From assembly GCA_977862235.1 (NCBI GenBank), contig OZ374558.1:2604001-2668000 (forward strand): a stretch of DNA of 64,000 bases, in the 5' to 3' direction. A model generated the notes under the pieces. The model searched no databases, was not told where the DNA came from, and was given only the letters and a program-made list of their open reading frames with translations. The DNA is from Dudresnaya verticillata. Taxonomy: Eukaryota. The position numbers and the translations under genes are program-made. Shown here one piece after another: positions 32,261 through 45,945 of the stretch. Each line of letters begins with the position of its first letter. The first letter of the stretch is position 1.

Positions 32261-35200
32261 CACCTCTCGCGAGTGTGGACCCGCCAGGGGATCGGCGAGA
32301 TACCGTTACGGAACTCCCATTGGCTTATCAGACCAATGATACTATCTTCTTTATGCAACATCAAAATTACAAGATGCAAATTACCGTGGGACGGACAGAT
32401 AGCGTGATGATTCCTTTAATCTCCGTCTTGGACTCTGGCGCTGGGCCCAATCTCATTAGTGCCAGGCGCCTTCCGCGCCAATGGCTCCCACTCATACGCC
32501 CAGCAGCCAGTCCTCCATTACGGGATGCGTCTAATCGCGCTATACGCCCTCTTGGTCAGATCCAACTTTTCGTCCGTATCGGAGAGCTCCGTGCTCGCGT
32601 CCATTTTCTAGTGGTCGCGAACTTGGCGGCTCCCTGTATTTTGGGAACTACCTTCATCGACCGCTACGTGAAGGCAATACTCCCTCCGTTACGGAAAGTT
32701 GTTTTTCATCATTACCCACCGGTATCCCTTGTTGGTCAAGCCAAAATTCCGAAGACGGGAACCACTGCAACCCTACAGCCCTCACCTCCTCCTACCGCTA
32801 CGGTTTCTCAGAAAATTCGTTTAGCAAAATCTACCCCTATTCCCCCTATGCCTCAAACCACCGTAACGGTTAATACCCCACGGGTGGGTTATGCTTTCTA
32901 CAAAATCACCCTAAGCCGGCTATTAAGCACCTTACTTTAATGGCTAATGGTATTATGGATGTTGTACCTAACAAACCGTTTCGGATCTGGGTCTCTAATT
33001 TTTCTAACAAGCCGGTACGGTTGCCCAAATCTACTTTCGTGGGCCTCGCTACTGCTGCACCCTCTGCTATTTTTACCGTTGACGGTATACCTCCATTTAA
33101 GGAGGGGGAGGAATTATTCAATCATTTAATTCTAACCCTACCTCCGAAAAGGCCAGCAGCATCTCCCCTCACGACAAGGAACTAAGCAAACCCGTAACGG
33201 AAAATACGAATACTACCGACTGGAAGGATCAAGTCCAGATCGGCACAGAAGAAGCATCGCTCCGCAAACGGATTTTAACCCTACTCGAGGAATATAAGTC
33301 GATGTGGAGTGGCGATCTTGGCAACATTACAGCTGCCAAGCACCGCATCGAGTTAACTCCCGGAGCTAAGCCAGTGTATCAAGCCCCATACCGTGCCGGA
33401 CATAAGCAGCGAGATCTCGAAAAGACAGAAATCGATCGCATGCTTTCCGCTAAGGTAATTGAACCAGCCTCATCGGAGTGGGCCAGCCCCGTGGTTTTCG
33501 TTCCAAAAAAGGACGGCACCATGCGGTTCTGTGTTGACTATAGAAGGCTCAATTCCGTAACGGTTAGGGACTCATATCCCTTGCCCAGGATGGATGAGTG
33601 CATAGATTCCCTTGGGGAAGCTACTGTATTTACCACCCCGGATTGCAATAGCGGATATTGGCAAGTCGAGATTCCGGAAGAGGAAAGGGAAAAAACTACC
33701 TTCACTAGCCATTTTGGCTTATACCGTTTTGGGAGAATGCCATTCGGATTGAAAAATGCACCGGCAACCTTCCAACGGGCAGTGGATATAATCCTTTCTA
33801 CATTTAAATGGCAATTTGCCCTCGTCTATCTAGACGATGTAATTGTCTACTCAAAAACCGTTACGGAACATTTCCACCACCTGAAGGAAGTCCTTACGCT
33901 TTTACGATCCGCTGGGGTAACGTTGAAATTGTCAAAGTGTGACTTCTTCAACGCGTCTGTACAATACCTGGGGCATGTTATCCGTCCCGGAAAATTAGAA
34001 GTGGATAATAGAAATATCCAATCCGTCAAGGAAGCGAAGCCGCCGACAAACCAAACGGAATTGCGATCCTTCTTGGGAATGTGCAACGTGTATCGTCGCT
34101 TTGTACCCAACTTCGCTCGGATTTCAGCTCCGCTAAATAAGAAAATCGGCAAGGGCTCACCCTTTGAGTTTGGAATATTATCCGATACGGAATATGAAGC
34201 CTTCGAGGAACTGAAGAGACGCCTTATCTCTCCACCTATATTGGCTCTACCCCGTCATGGATATAAATATACGTTGGATACTGACGCATGTGACCACCAA
34301 GTCGGCTGTGTCCTTCTGCAGGAACAACCGAATGGCGATCACCTCCCTATTGGATATTGGAGCCGAAGCCTCACCGATGCGGAGAAAAATTATACGACAA
34401 CCGAAAAGGAATGCTTAGCCGTGGTCTGGAGCATGTTAACACTCCGACCCTACCTTTACGGCGACAAGTTTATTCTCCGAACGGATCACGATGCCCTGCG
34501 GTGGATCCTGAACCTCGCAGACTCATCTGGCCGCCTAGCCAGGTGGAGGCTCCGCCTATCGGAATTTGAATTTGAGGTGCAATACCGTCCTGGAATTAAG
34601 CATCAACTCGCCGGATGTCGCGACTCCGAACGGATGGCGGTGACGATAGACCTTTGGATGAAGAGATACCCTGCTTCGTCGCCGAAAATACCGTCGACGG
34701 ATTATATGAGCATGGAGTCTATTTAACCGATTGGGCCACATCACGAGAAACCGCTACGGAAAATAACGTAATATGCGCCGTGGAGCCCACCAGTGGGAGT
34801 GCATCCGCCTCCCCCGACAAGCCCGACGCAATACCATCACGGTTTACTGTAATCCAAGAATCCGACGTTAAGGATGAGACAATTACCAGGGAGGAGTTCC
34901 TCGAAGCGCAAGCCAGAGACCCTTTCTGTCGTCTCAAAGCCGATACGGTAGGCTCCCCTGGATCACAGTTTGACTATGACCGTAACGGATTCTTGGTACG
35001 CAAGTCCCAATTGGATGGCGCTCTACAGAAGGTGGTGCCAAGCGAACTCCGTGGACGGGTATTGTATTTTCCCACTATACCCTGATGTCGGGTCACCCAG
35101 GTGGAATTAAGATGTATTACACACTCCGACAGGATTATTATTGGCCTCATATGGCCAACGATGTATTTGAATCCGTTCGGACATGTCGCTCCTGTGTGAA

Positions 35201-36512
35201 GACAAAGGGAACCCGCTTTCGGAATCAAAGGTTTATGAAACTTTTCCAAGCTAGCGGACCTTTGGAGTTTGTCGCTATCGACATTCTCGGGCCACTTCCG
35301 GAGACAAAACGGGGTTATTTCTACGTCTTGGTAATTACCGATCGGTTCTCTAAGCTAACGCGCTGTATCCCGTTACGGACAAAAACAGCCGTTGTGGTGG
35401 CTAACGCCTTTCTGGACTTTTGAGTATACGCCTACGGCGCACCCCAATTTGTCCTAACCGATAACGGACCGCAGTTTACTGCTAAGTTCTTCGACGCGGT
35501 GTGTTTCTTACTCGGATTCAGGCACCTGCTCACCGCTGCCTACCATCCGCGGACAAATGGGCAAGCTGAGCGATTTAATAAGACAATCTCCCAACGTTTG
35601 CGCCATTACGTCGAGGATCATCACTCCGATTGGGATTTGTACCTGCAACCGTTGACATATGCGTACAACATGCAGGTACACCGTATTACGGAAACAACGC
35701 CATTTGATTTGGTGCTGACACGCCACCCATCGGACATTGTTGTACGAGGGGCTCCTGTCGAACATCAGGAAACCGTTACGGAAGGGCGTATGACCCAAGT
35801 GCTACAGAAGCGGAGCACCATGCGCCGTTTACGGTACGCGCTCCAGACAGCGCGCACGAAGCAGACAGTGGCTCAGCAAAAATCCAAGGCACTGTTTGAC
35901 CGTAAGGTACGCTTTAGGCCCATAATCCGAAGCGGAGATCAAGTCTATGTCGACCGGCCGCCCCATAACTTGCGGCCGGCCGAACGCCGTGAGCGGGACC
36001 GATTGGAAGGCAAACCGGACGATGTGGGCGAAGTGGCTCAGGAAATGAAGAAACTCCCTCCGAGAGCCACGGGGCCTTATGAAGTGGAATCCGCAACGGA
36101 ACATGTCGTTACAATCCGCAAGGAAGGGGTATTAATCCCCGTAAGTATCGATCGCATCACGAAAGTTCCGATCGGAGTTGCGGTTCAGCCGGCACCCTTA
36201 ACAGTTCCGCCTGTCACGCCATCAACCGTCTACGGAGAAGTAGTGCCACATCCAGAAGGTACTACAGTAGTACCTCCTTCTGAAGGTACTACTCCCTCCT
36301 CGACGGAACCACTGCAAGCCGATACGGAATATGTGATCGACAAGATTGTCGGTCACCGCGACGAACCTACTGGGATGACATACAAAGTCCGCTGGTATGG
36401 TTACCCTCCGGACCAAGACACTTTTGAGCCCGCGGAGGAGTTACCGCATAATTTCATCTACCGATATTGGAAGCAAAAGAAAAAGAAATCCGCTAAGGGT
36501 AAGCCACGGTGA
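32206..36512 (+). pseudogene. pol: Pol of element A (protease, RT, RNase H, integrase, chromodomain), frameshifted
   Basis: VLDSGAGPNLI; DCNSGYWQ and YLDD; TDACD; GHPG..CRSC, IDILGP, TDNGPQF, QAERFN; YVIDKIVGHR...YKVRWYGY..DTFEP. Confidence 0.96.
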
Positions 36513-36641
36513 CGTGCTAATCCAACACGTCACTCACCGTAACGGACAGTTGGAATGCTGGGGTGTGAGAACATACAACGTTTATCCAAGCTAAGATCGA
36601 GGCATAATGGAAACCGTTAAGGAGATCGTCGAACTGTAACT

Positions 36642-37340
36642 CTAAGAGTTACGTCGACGCCGTTTCGGAGCAGGGGCAACTGTATCTTCCTCGTTGCTCC
36701 CCTGACCCGTTCGTAAGCCGGGTTCCCCACTCGGATCCGATTGGAATACGCGCTGCGTAGTGTCTCCCAAGACGCGAACCGCACTGTCCATGCGCCGACG
36801 CTGACGACGGACCACCGCGCGGAGATGAATTACCTGTTCCATCAGCCCCTCCGTTAAGGTTAACACTTCCTGAACGGATCCTGGCAATGGGAAGCGCTGC
36901 GTACGGCAAATGCCCCGTAGCACCTGTAACCCACTTTCCGTAGCGGCTAAATGAGCCGGAACCGTAAGGGGGGGATCCTCATCTTCTTGCAACTTCTGAG
37001 GCTCCAACAACAGTCCTCGCGAAATTCGCCGGAGTGATGTTCGTGATGTCTGGGAATGCCTGTGCCGAAATCGCAGGTGTCGCATACGAGTACCGAAATC
37101 CGGATTCCTTCCAATCCTCCATGTAGAAGATCGCAAGCTGCGTGATGCTGGGATTAGATTGTACTGTGCCTCCTTCCCGGGGAACCCAGTTCTATTTAAG
37201 ACTCAGTTTGATTCTAACCTCTACACGTTGCACAAGTCCCGAGTTGAGTTAGGACTCCGCCAGAAAGCCTGGGGCATAATATCAAGACCCGTCGTGGCTA
37301 GCATTCAAGCCTTTGTACCCGCACTTGACAGTCAGTCCTT
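36642..37340 (-). pseudogene. Antisense accessory ORF of element A, function unknown
   Basis: 164-codon open stretch (36642-37136) ending in NLS-like PAPKRRRR; upstream decayed segment YYAPGF...NW. Confidence 0.55.
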
Positions 37341-37479
37341 TTCCAGGGGAAAACTTCTAAGAGAGGATGCTTGTCCAGCCGGGCGAGTTAGTAAGCGCCA
37401 CCATCGGTTCTGATTCTGTCTTATTTCATGCATGTAGTAGAATTATCGAATTTTGAGACCCACATGCGCGCTATCTCGA

Positions 37480-39560
37480 TATAACGGTAAAGTGGCAGCG
37501 TTCATTGGGAATTATAGTGACAAAAGCTCTCGCGTCCTCTCCGTATTCGACAACAGGGCAGGCCTAACCTCATTCGAGCTGGTGCTATTTCATCAGAAGA
37601 GCAAAAGAATATCGCTTCTGTCCGGTTATTCGTGAATCTAACTTCCGCCTCACGACATAAAATAACTACCTTAGGGACCCTTTCCCTGTACGTCCGAATC
37701 GGAAACAGACGAAACCGACGCATGCGATTATCAAGTGGGATGCGCCCTTATGCAGATGGATGAGAACAGTGATAGACACCCCACTGGCTTCTGGAGCCAA
37801 TCTGTAACACAACCTGAGCGTAACTATTCGGCAGGCGAGCAGGAGTGCTTCGCGATCGTATGGGCGGTGCAGATACTGGGACTCTATTTATAACGATCTC
37901 GCTTCGATCTTTATACGGACCATCAAGCTCTGCGCTGGATCATGGGTATGTCTGACGCGTCGGGACGCTTAGCAAAAAATAGAATCCGCCTTTTGGAGTA
38001 TGAATTCACGGTACAGTACTGGACAGGCCGGAAAAATCAGATTGTCGACGCGTTGTCTCCCTTTCCGACGTGGGGATACACTCACACGGAGCCCGACCTC
38101 GAGATACCATGCTTCATAGTTGAAAATGGAAGCCCTCATGGCCGAGGAGCGTCGCTGGAAACATTCAGGCCAACTGGCGTTACTACTCAGGATGAACCAC
38201 TCGAGACGTGGGATATGGAGTCCAATGATGGCTACAGTGGCCTGCACGACGAGTTCCTAATCGACAACACAGCGGAGAAACAAGCTGACGAGGGCATTGT
38301 CTCGCAATTCACGATTAAAGAATTCCTTCGAGAACAGAAGTGAGATCCCTTCTGTCAGCATATACAGAAACGTATTGATACGGGAAATCCCGGATGCTAG
38401 TTGGAAGACAACCGGGGGCTCATAGCCTGCAAATCTTATGTGCATGCGGCCATACAGGTCCTAATACCCGCGACCCTTCGCGAAAGGGTGCTCCACTTGC
38501 CACACTACCCGTCTTTAGATGTCCATCTTGGGGGAATCCGTATGTTTCACAGCCTGCGTCGGCAAGTGTACTGGCTGGATATGGCCTTAGACGTGTATTC
38601 GACCTTTCTAAACTTCCGGCAGTGCGCGAAGGAACGAGTCAAGCTCAGAAAGCATACTTCGTTCCTCAAGCCCTTTCCAGCCACCGCTCCACTGGCGTTC
38701 GTGGCCATCGACATATTGGGTCCACTGACCAAGTCAAGCAAAAGGAATGATTAGGTACTCGTGATCACGGATCGCTTCTTGAATCTGACACGGAATGTTC
38801 CAATTAAGACAATCACATTCTATTCCATTGCGAAGGCATTTTGAAACCACTGGGTCTATGTATACGCTAAACCCCCACCCTATTTATTATCGCACAATGG
38901 TCCCAGTTTGCATCTAAGTTCTTCATGACGGTTTGCAGAATTTTGCGAGTGCGCAATTTGTTCACATCTACTTACCACTCGCCAAGAAACGGCCAGACCG
39001 AGCGTTTTAACCGCATCATTCTGACGGTATTACGACACTTTATCGATGAGAATCAGCGCGACTGGGATGCAATTTCTAACGCATTCACGTTCGCGTAAAA
39101 TATCACGGTGAATAAGACTACGGGGCTGTCCCCTTTTGATTTGGTCATCTCCAATCCACCGACCTCCCTTCCCATGGAGCGATCGGAGACGTTGGATTTT
39201 GTCGACGTACCCGCGAATAATATGAAGAAACGCTTGATTTAGCGGTTTGAACGATTGATGGATACGGTGCTTCCCCGTTTGCGACTCGCGCAGAAACGCT
39301 ACCAAGCTGCCTTCAGTCGAATTGTTCGCCCTGCTAACAGGAATATTCGCGTTGGAATCTGGGACCTTCTAGAGCTCGGGACTCGGGTAAAGGACCCTGC
39401 CGGTGTGTATCGCGATGGTAAGATGTATCCTGAGGCTCTGGACCGATATAAGGTTGTTAATCATGGGACACAGGCGGTCGTCCTCGAAATCAAGGGTGAA
39501 CGGGAATCAGTCTCCCTAGGCCGACTAACATTGACAACGTCGCCGGAACAACAGCTGAAC
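37480..39560 (+). mobile_element. Internally deleted, degenerate Gypsy remnant B (protease joined to RNase H-integrase; RT absent)
   Basis: VLSVFDNRAG followed within about 170 bp by ETDACDYQVGC; then TDHQALRW, FVAIDILGPL, NGQTERFN; many stops. Confidence 0.85.
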
Positions 39561-40007
39561 GCTAGGGGAAATTGTCCCAACATCATGGCAGACAATAAGG
39601 GCAATATCCCGGAAGCGCTCGAGACGGAAACCGGCACACCAGCAGCGGTGCCGCCAGTCGGGGTGAACCCCGCTGACGCGATTCCACCGACAGCTGAGGG
39701 GGGAAATCCTATTGGAACGCCTGGTCAAGTGGCCGATCAACCATCGATGGAGGTCGCTTCGCACGCTACCAGCGCCCATTTGCATGCGAACATGTCTATG
39801 CCCGGATCGTGTCCTATGCCTCCGAATTGTCGCGATAAAAAATTCGCTGGCACCAGTGACCAGCCGCAGAAGATACGTAGTAAACACGGGAAAGCCTCCC
39901 TCACAAACGTAGTGGTAAGATACTACCGTAAGAGGGCATTCCTATTCAACTTGGCAGCAAGGGAAGAGAGCGGCCCGCCAACCTACCTCGAAGGCAAGCC
40001 GTGCAGA

Positions 40008-40522
40008 TGAGAATAAGTGAGCTGCCGGTATGAGGAGATGTAACACTTGGCGCTGCGCCGCACGTCTCCGGGTCTCATTTAAGGAGGTACTGACGTGTAA
40101 TTACACCACACGCATTGTTAGTGCGCCAGCGCGTACGAGTACAGACCAATCCAATATACTGTGGTCGAACAGCAAGCGGAAATTAATCTCGGCTGGGAGA
40201 GGACGCCACCTTGTATATGAGCACGACTCTCGTATTTTCACATTAACAGCTGTTTTCATGCACTCCTAGATTACCTCACCTCCGCAACGAAGAGGGATTA
40301 CCATCTTCTCGCCTATTGCGGGCGACTCGCTCCCACGAAATCCAGTGGCAAACCCACTGGATTTCGTGGGAAGGGTAGGGCACTTTTGGGTAGGGCACGA
40401 CTTGGTCGACGCCATGGCGTATGGTTCCCTTTCCAACTTCCGAGTTGGAGCTCCTTCCCCCAAAGGCACAACTACGGCATATGCTTTGTTAAGTCGTGCA
40501 TGACTTCTCATGGTATCAGAGC
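40008..40522 (+). mobile_element. LTR plus tRNA-iMet PBS of a further element (host of element C)
   Basis: TGAGAA...TTCTCA (40008-40510) followed by TGGTATCAGAGC; left edge could instead be 40031. Confidence 0.65.
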
Positions 40523-40980
40523 TATAAACACTTCCTCCTTGACTTGTTGGGTGCTGTCTTGTTTGTGCTCAATGCGAAGACCTCTGCCCTTTTCTTCCTC
40601 GAGAGAGAAAAGGGCGGAGCTTTTATATTTTATTATGGAGGCGATTGCTCCAAAGCTCCGAGCCTACTCTATGCGTTTGATAAAGAACAGCACTACTGCT
40701 GATTCTAAACGGTATGGATAAAGTAGCTGTTCTATTCGTAAACGGTATCTTCTACAGTAGCCCAAACCGCCATGCCCTCAGACCAACTACCCCCGGGGAC
40801 ATGGTAGTTCAAAACATCTATCTCCGGGGACAGGCTTGAAGATGTTACGTCTTCAACGGAAGAAGTTGTTCCTGCAACGGAACATCTTCTTGGATTAGAG
40901 TAGAGCTGACAATTCTAAATTACATAACAAAAGCTTCAAGTTAGCAAGCCTGTAGTGCCACTTAGCAACGGTTCTCTACA
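40523..40980 (-). repeat. 3' LTR of element C
   Basis: Direct repeat of 45946-46403. Confidence 0.96.
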
Positions 40981-41017
40981 TGGCCCTATACTTGCTAGGG
41001 CGGAGTCCTAGTGTGTA

Positions 41018-44000
41018 TTACTTCTCCTTAATGCCAAGTGCTTTGATTGCCTTTTTTGCAAGACGCTTCTTACGTGTTGTTCGTAGGAAGCGTTCTATGC
41101 GTTGCGGAATGTCTTGATACATTTGCTGCAGCGACTGCCACGTCCAGTCAGTAGCATCAGGCTGCCCTAACTACTGCACGTGAAAGAAAATTCCGTCGGA
41201 CGCCTCGCCGATATCCAGCAATTTCTCGACCATCTCAAACTTAGTCTCGATATGTTCGGCTTGCTTCATCAGATTTTTAGAAACAGGAGCGCCATCCGAG
41301 CTGGCTTTGTAGAGTAGTAGCCTAGCGACGTGAACAATTTCAGTCTTGTTATCCATGAGCCCGGTTACTTCATAAACCATGTCACCAATATTCCTTGAAA
41401 TACGGCGCGGACCCACCCATCGAAACATCATTTTGTGTCCCTTATTCTGCGCTCTGCGCACTAGAACAAAATCTCCAATTGTGAAGCTAGGCGTAACCAG
41501 GTTTGTCTTCTGGTTGTGATACGCTATCTGCCTCTGCCTATTATTGGAGACATTATTAGCCACGTCGCGGTGCATGTCTTCTAAAACATTCTGCAACTTA
41601 TTGATGTTAATGCGTTGATGCACGCGGACTTGACTTATGGGGACTGGTTCTGTTTCTTCTTGGTGTCGCACCAAAAAGTTGATGCGATTGGGTAGTATTC
41701 CGGTCATGACTTCGAGGGGTGTTCTGTACGTCCCATCGATGCGCTTACCTAGGCGCCGGTGTGGAGCCTCATTTAGCGCCATCATAACGGTATCAATAAC
41801 CAGTGGCCAATCTTGTGGCCCAAGCTTGAGTTCTGAGAGTAACGCCGTGCAAGCGGCCTTAATATGTCACATACAAACTTCAATCTACCATTAACCCAAG
41901 GAGAATACGCAACTGTGAACCGGTGCTCAACTTTGTAGATCTTAGCCAAAGTTTCCATAACTTGGTTTTTAAAATGCGACCCCTGGTCCGATACCCAGTA
42001 TTTCATTGCCGTAAATACTCGTATCCACCTTGAAAGCTCTTTCGGCACTGTTTCTGCATCCGCGGCCATACTTGGACATATCCGTAAGTAAGACGAAAGG
42101 TCGTCTCGGATGATGAGGCAGTATGTCAAACCATCTGCGCCAATCCCCATAAATATGAAATCGAAGTGAACAACTTCGTTAGGCTTCATGCCGTGAGGGG
42201 TAATAGATATTGAACGTGGAATGCGGTTTCCACTTTTCCCAATGTTACAGTGCAAACAATTTGATACAAACTCATTCACATCGGCCTCCATACTGTTCCA
42301 TTGGCACAACTCCTTAAGTGTACTCCAGGTCGATTCCACACCTCGATGTCCACCTGCCCCACAATGCGATATTACTAACAACTTCATTTGCAAGTCCACA
42401 TTATTATCAGGTATCCAAATGCGTGTGTTATCTCGTAGTAAACCATCCTTTCCTTTCTTCAATCGTGTAGGAACATTATCTGCGGACTGTTGTGCCTTCA
42501 GTAACATTTCGGGCGACGGCAATTCAAACGTGTTCTCATATGGAGACTGAACAAGGTCCTGGGCCTCTATAGCACGAGTGACACGTCTAGCAAGGTTATG
42601 TTTGCCTCGATAGCCAGCAAACCATCGTGTCATCATGTCGGCAGTATTGTTGCGGCTGCCCTCGACGTGTTCGATTGTATACATAAACCTAGAAAGGTAC
42701 AATGCCCAGAGCTGAACCTTGTTGATTTATATCTTCCAAAGCTTGGTCGTAATGCAACAGGGTTGTATACAAAAAGAAGATTCCTGTGGTCCGTGAACAG
42801 ATGAATATTTGCTTCGCAGGAGAACATGTAATCCATCTTCTCGAAAACTTGATACACAGCATATGCCTCGCGCTCAAAGGTTTTCCAATGCTGCTGCGTT
42901 TCATTAAATGCGGACCCAAGGAAAGCCAAAGGTTGATGCATCTGCTCTTCTATTGGCTTCTCTAAGCCTGATGGGTGGCACTGTGTAACTACCACCGCCC
43001 AGTGTTCATCAGATGCGTCGGTGTGGACGCAAAGAGTCTTTTCTTGATCCCTATGCGCGCGTCTCACCGCATTTTGAAGCTGTTCTTGAAGGTCGTTAAA
43101 GGCTTCAGCGTGCTTTTGGCCCCAAGACAATTTGTAAAGTCGTATGCCCTGTATGGACCGTGAAGTACGCTTTCCCGATTTTGTATGAGCTTCTTCAAGA
43201 ACTGCGCGTAGTGGTGCCACACGAGCAGTAAAGTCGAGAATATATTGCGACATCCATTGTAAACAGTTCAGAAAATGTGACAACTCGGCGCCGTTCTCTG
43301 GAGCGTACGCATTCTTGAGTCCACTCAAACGTCTTGGGTCACAAGTGACACCACCCTTGTCAACCACATACCCACACCATTCTAAGGAAGTGCTGAAAAG
43401 TACAGACTTCTTTGCAGAAATTTTCAGGTTCTTTTCCCTACAGATGGTGAAGAACCTTTCCAGATAGGATATAAGGTCTCTTTCATCCTTGGCATGCACT
43501 GCAAAATCGTCTACCCAAGCCTTGACTGCACCACGAATAGATTGAAAACATGGCTCCAGTCGGGACTTGAAGTTCTGTACTGCGTTCATGCCTCCTTTTA
43601 GTGTTCTCGTAGGCTGGAAAACACCAGAAGGTTTTAGAAAACTGTGGTAATGCTGGCTCTCGGAATGTAGAGGCATCTGCCAGTAACCTGCACAGAAATC
43701 TATACTCGCAAAACAAAAGCTATCTGCGAAGTCCAACAGCTCCGATTGTAAATGTGGCACTGGCCAGGCCATTGGTTGAGTACACTGATTGACCATGCGA
43801 AGGTCGAAAGTTAGCCTGTACGTTTTAGTACCAGGCTTTGGCACTAGTAGCGGTGGGGATTCCCACTCAGCATTTGGGTTCGGGATGGCCATGCCGTATT
43901 CTAAAAGCTTTCCGACAAATCGCTTCATGTAGTCACGCTGTTCAGCAGAATAGCGCCGCGCCTTCGTAATGTAGGCTACAGAAACTGGCTTGATATTGAT

Positions 44001-44879
44001 CCGCATTGGTTCTACTTTTGCTGGGGGACCCGGAACAAGGCGCACACGGAAAACATCCGTATATGCTGCCAGCAGCTTTTCCAATTTCAACTTTCCAGTT
44101 GCGCTCAAACCATTGTCAGAAGCAGTGTCCAACATCTTGTTAAATGCAGTTTTCAACTCTTCGGGTGAGTCCTCTCCAAGCTCAGTGCGTTGTTCGGAAA
44201 GACTATTGGGCACCTCCCCCGTCACTCCCTGGTGGGAATGAAAACGACCAGACGACAAAATGCGGGCGATAGATCCCTCCTGGTACTCATCCTCCATCAG
44301 CAAACCAGCATCAACCTCGCCTTGATATCTGTCGCATGCGGCTTCAAGAGTCTTCCTCGTATTTAATCCAAGGGCTTCTTGGATAGGACGACCGAGTAGT
44401 GGTTCGTCAACTGTGTCTACAGCCACGAGCCATTTTAAGTTTCGAATCAGTAACGCTTTCCCATGGCGGATTCGTAGTTCAATATTTAGTGGGACTTCCC
44501 TGTCACATGCGACATGCATTTTGGCAGCAGAAAGACCGAACGTACGGGCACGGTCGAGCGTTTTCAGCTTCATGGGTGCACGTCGTTGCAACAACTCTTT
44601 GAATATATTTTGTGGCATTAAATTGATGTCAGAACCCTCGTCTGCACACAATCTAGTCGAAACCAATCCAGCGAACACTACACCCATGAGTGTAGAATTG
44701 TTATCCTCAGACTGCTTATGTGTGTCAGACTGAGTATCCGCACAACGTTTAGCCTTCTTGCTTTCCCTTTCGTCTATGAAGGACTGTATTAGTTTGTTTG
44801 CTTCATCTGTGCTCGTCTTAGGGCAATGCAGAACACTACGTGGGTGCTTGATTCCCTTCCGCTTGCAATCTTCATTCAA
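41018..44879 (-). pseudogene. pol: Pol of element C (PR, RT, RH, IN, chromodomain), frameshifted
   Basis: LCADEGSDINLM; IDFCAGYWQ; WVDD; HTDAS; GGHRG..CLHC; SDQGSHFKN; FEMVEKLLD...FFHVQ*LGQPDATDWTW. Confidence 0.93.
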
Positions 44880-45695
44880 GCATAGAAGTTCGCGACGATT
44901 CTGTGGTCCTTTTCCAGACTTAGAAGCTCCAGCTACTTACGTCCATCCTTCTGCGGCTTGCCATTTTTTGAGCCGGACGAGCTTGCCTTCTTTGTTCCCT
45001 TATCATCCTTTTCAACACGCGTCCTGGTAGGTCTGATCTTGCCCTGAATGACAGCCTCTTTGCAAAGTACAGATACATAATCATTGACCTTTTTCTTCAG
45101 TCCAGCTTGAAATTCAAGGTGCTCTGCCATAGCTGCTTTCAGATCAAGGGGTAGACATTTCTTGTATTAGTTTCACTGTCTTCTCAGGATTGCGCTCCCT
45201 GAAAGAAGAATAGCCAACTCCATTCAGTCTTTGAAAAACATCATGGACATATTCCAGTATTCGAGCCTCTGGATCTGAAATGTTCATAGGCATTCTCATG
45301 CCTTTCAGAGCGTCCTGAATTACGGTAGGGTTGAATTCCTTGGCATTGGCTTTGCAAACTATGCTCCTCACCCATTCTTCGATTTGCTCGGACGTGAGAT
45401 CTTCAAACGCGACAGAATTAGCAGTAGAATCCATTCTACCGAGGCTATGCATCGTCATTAGCAGACTCCTATCCACGGAAACCTTGAATGAAGCAACGCT
45501 CAGTCCTGGGGCTTCTTTGCTCTTCTCCTCGACTTCATCTACATATCTTTCCCGCTCCCGTAAGAACGCGGAGACTTTCAGTGGGTCGACACTTCTTAGT
45601 ACAGGATGCTGTACGGGTGCGAACAGCGCACTGGATGTGCCAAAATCCGAGCGCCCTGGCCCGCTCTCAATTCCAGAACGAGTGACCGGTGGCAT
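44880..45695 (-). pseudogene. gag: Gag of element C, frameshifted
   Basis: ORF pieces 45144-45695 and 44933-45130 between the 5' LTR and pol; knuckle-like CLNEDCKRKGIKH..C at the junction. Confidence 0.75.
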
Positions 45696-45945
45696 GATGC
45701 TATTTCAAAAATAACCAAGACGACTGAGAGGTAGTACAACTGCTTCGTAGGTACACCAGTTCCAGTAGATCACAAAACAATCCACTTATAGAAGTACTTG
45801 ACAAGTAGCACTCTTGAACGATAGTAGCACCTGACGGGTACAACGCTTGACAGGTAGAAACACTTGGTAGACAACCTGACAGGCACAAAACTTGACAACA
45901 GCAATAGTAAAGGAAATTGCGTCTCCTGCAGGGAATAGACATTTC

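Larger units (their letters stand above)
28925..37400 (+). mobile_element. Ty3/Gypsy chromovirus A (5' LTR, PBS, gag, pol, antisense ORF; no 3' LTR found)
   Basis: Order gag-PR-RT-RH-IN-chromodomain; several frameshifts; 3' boundary approximate. Confidence 0.95.
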
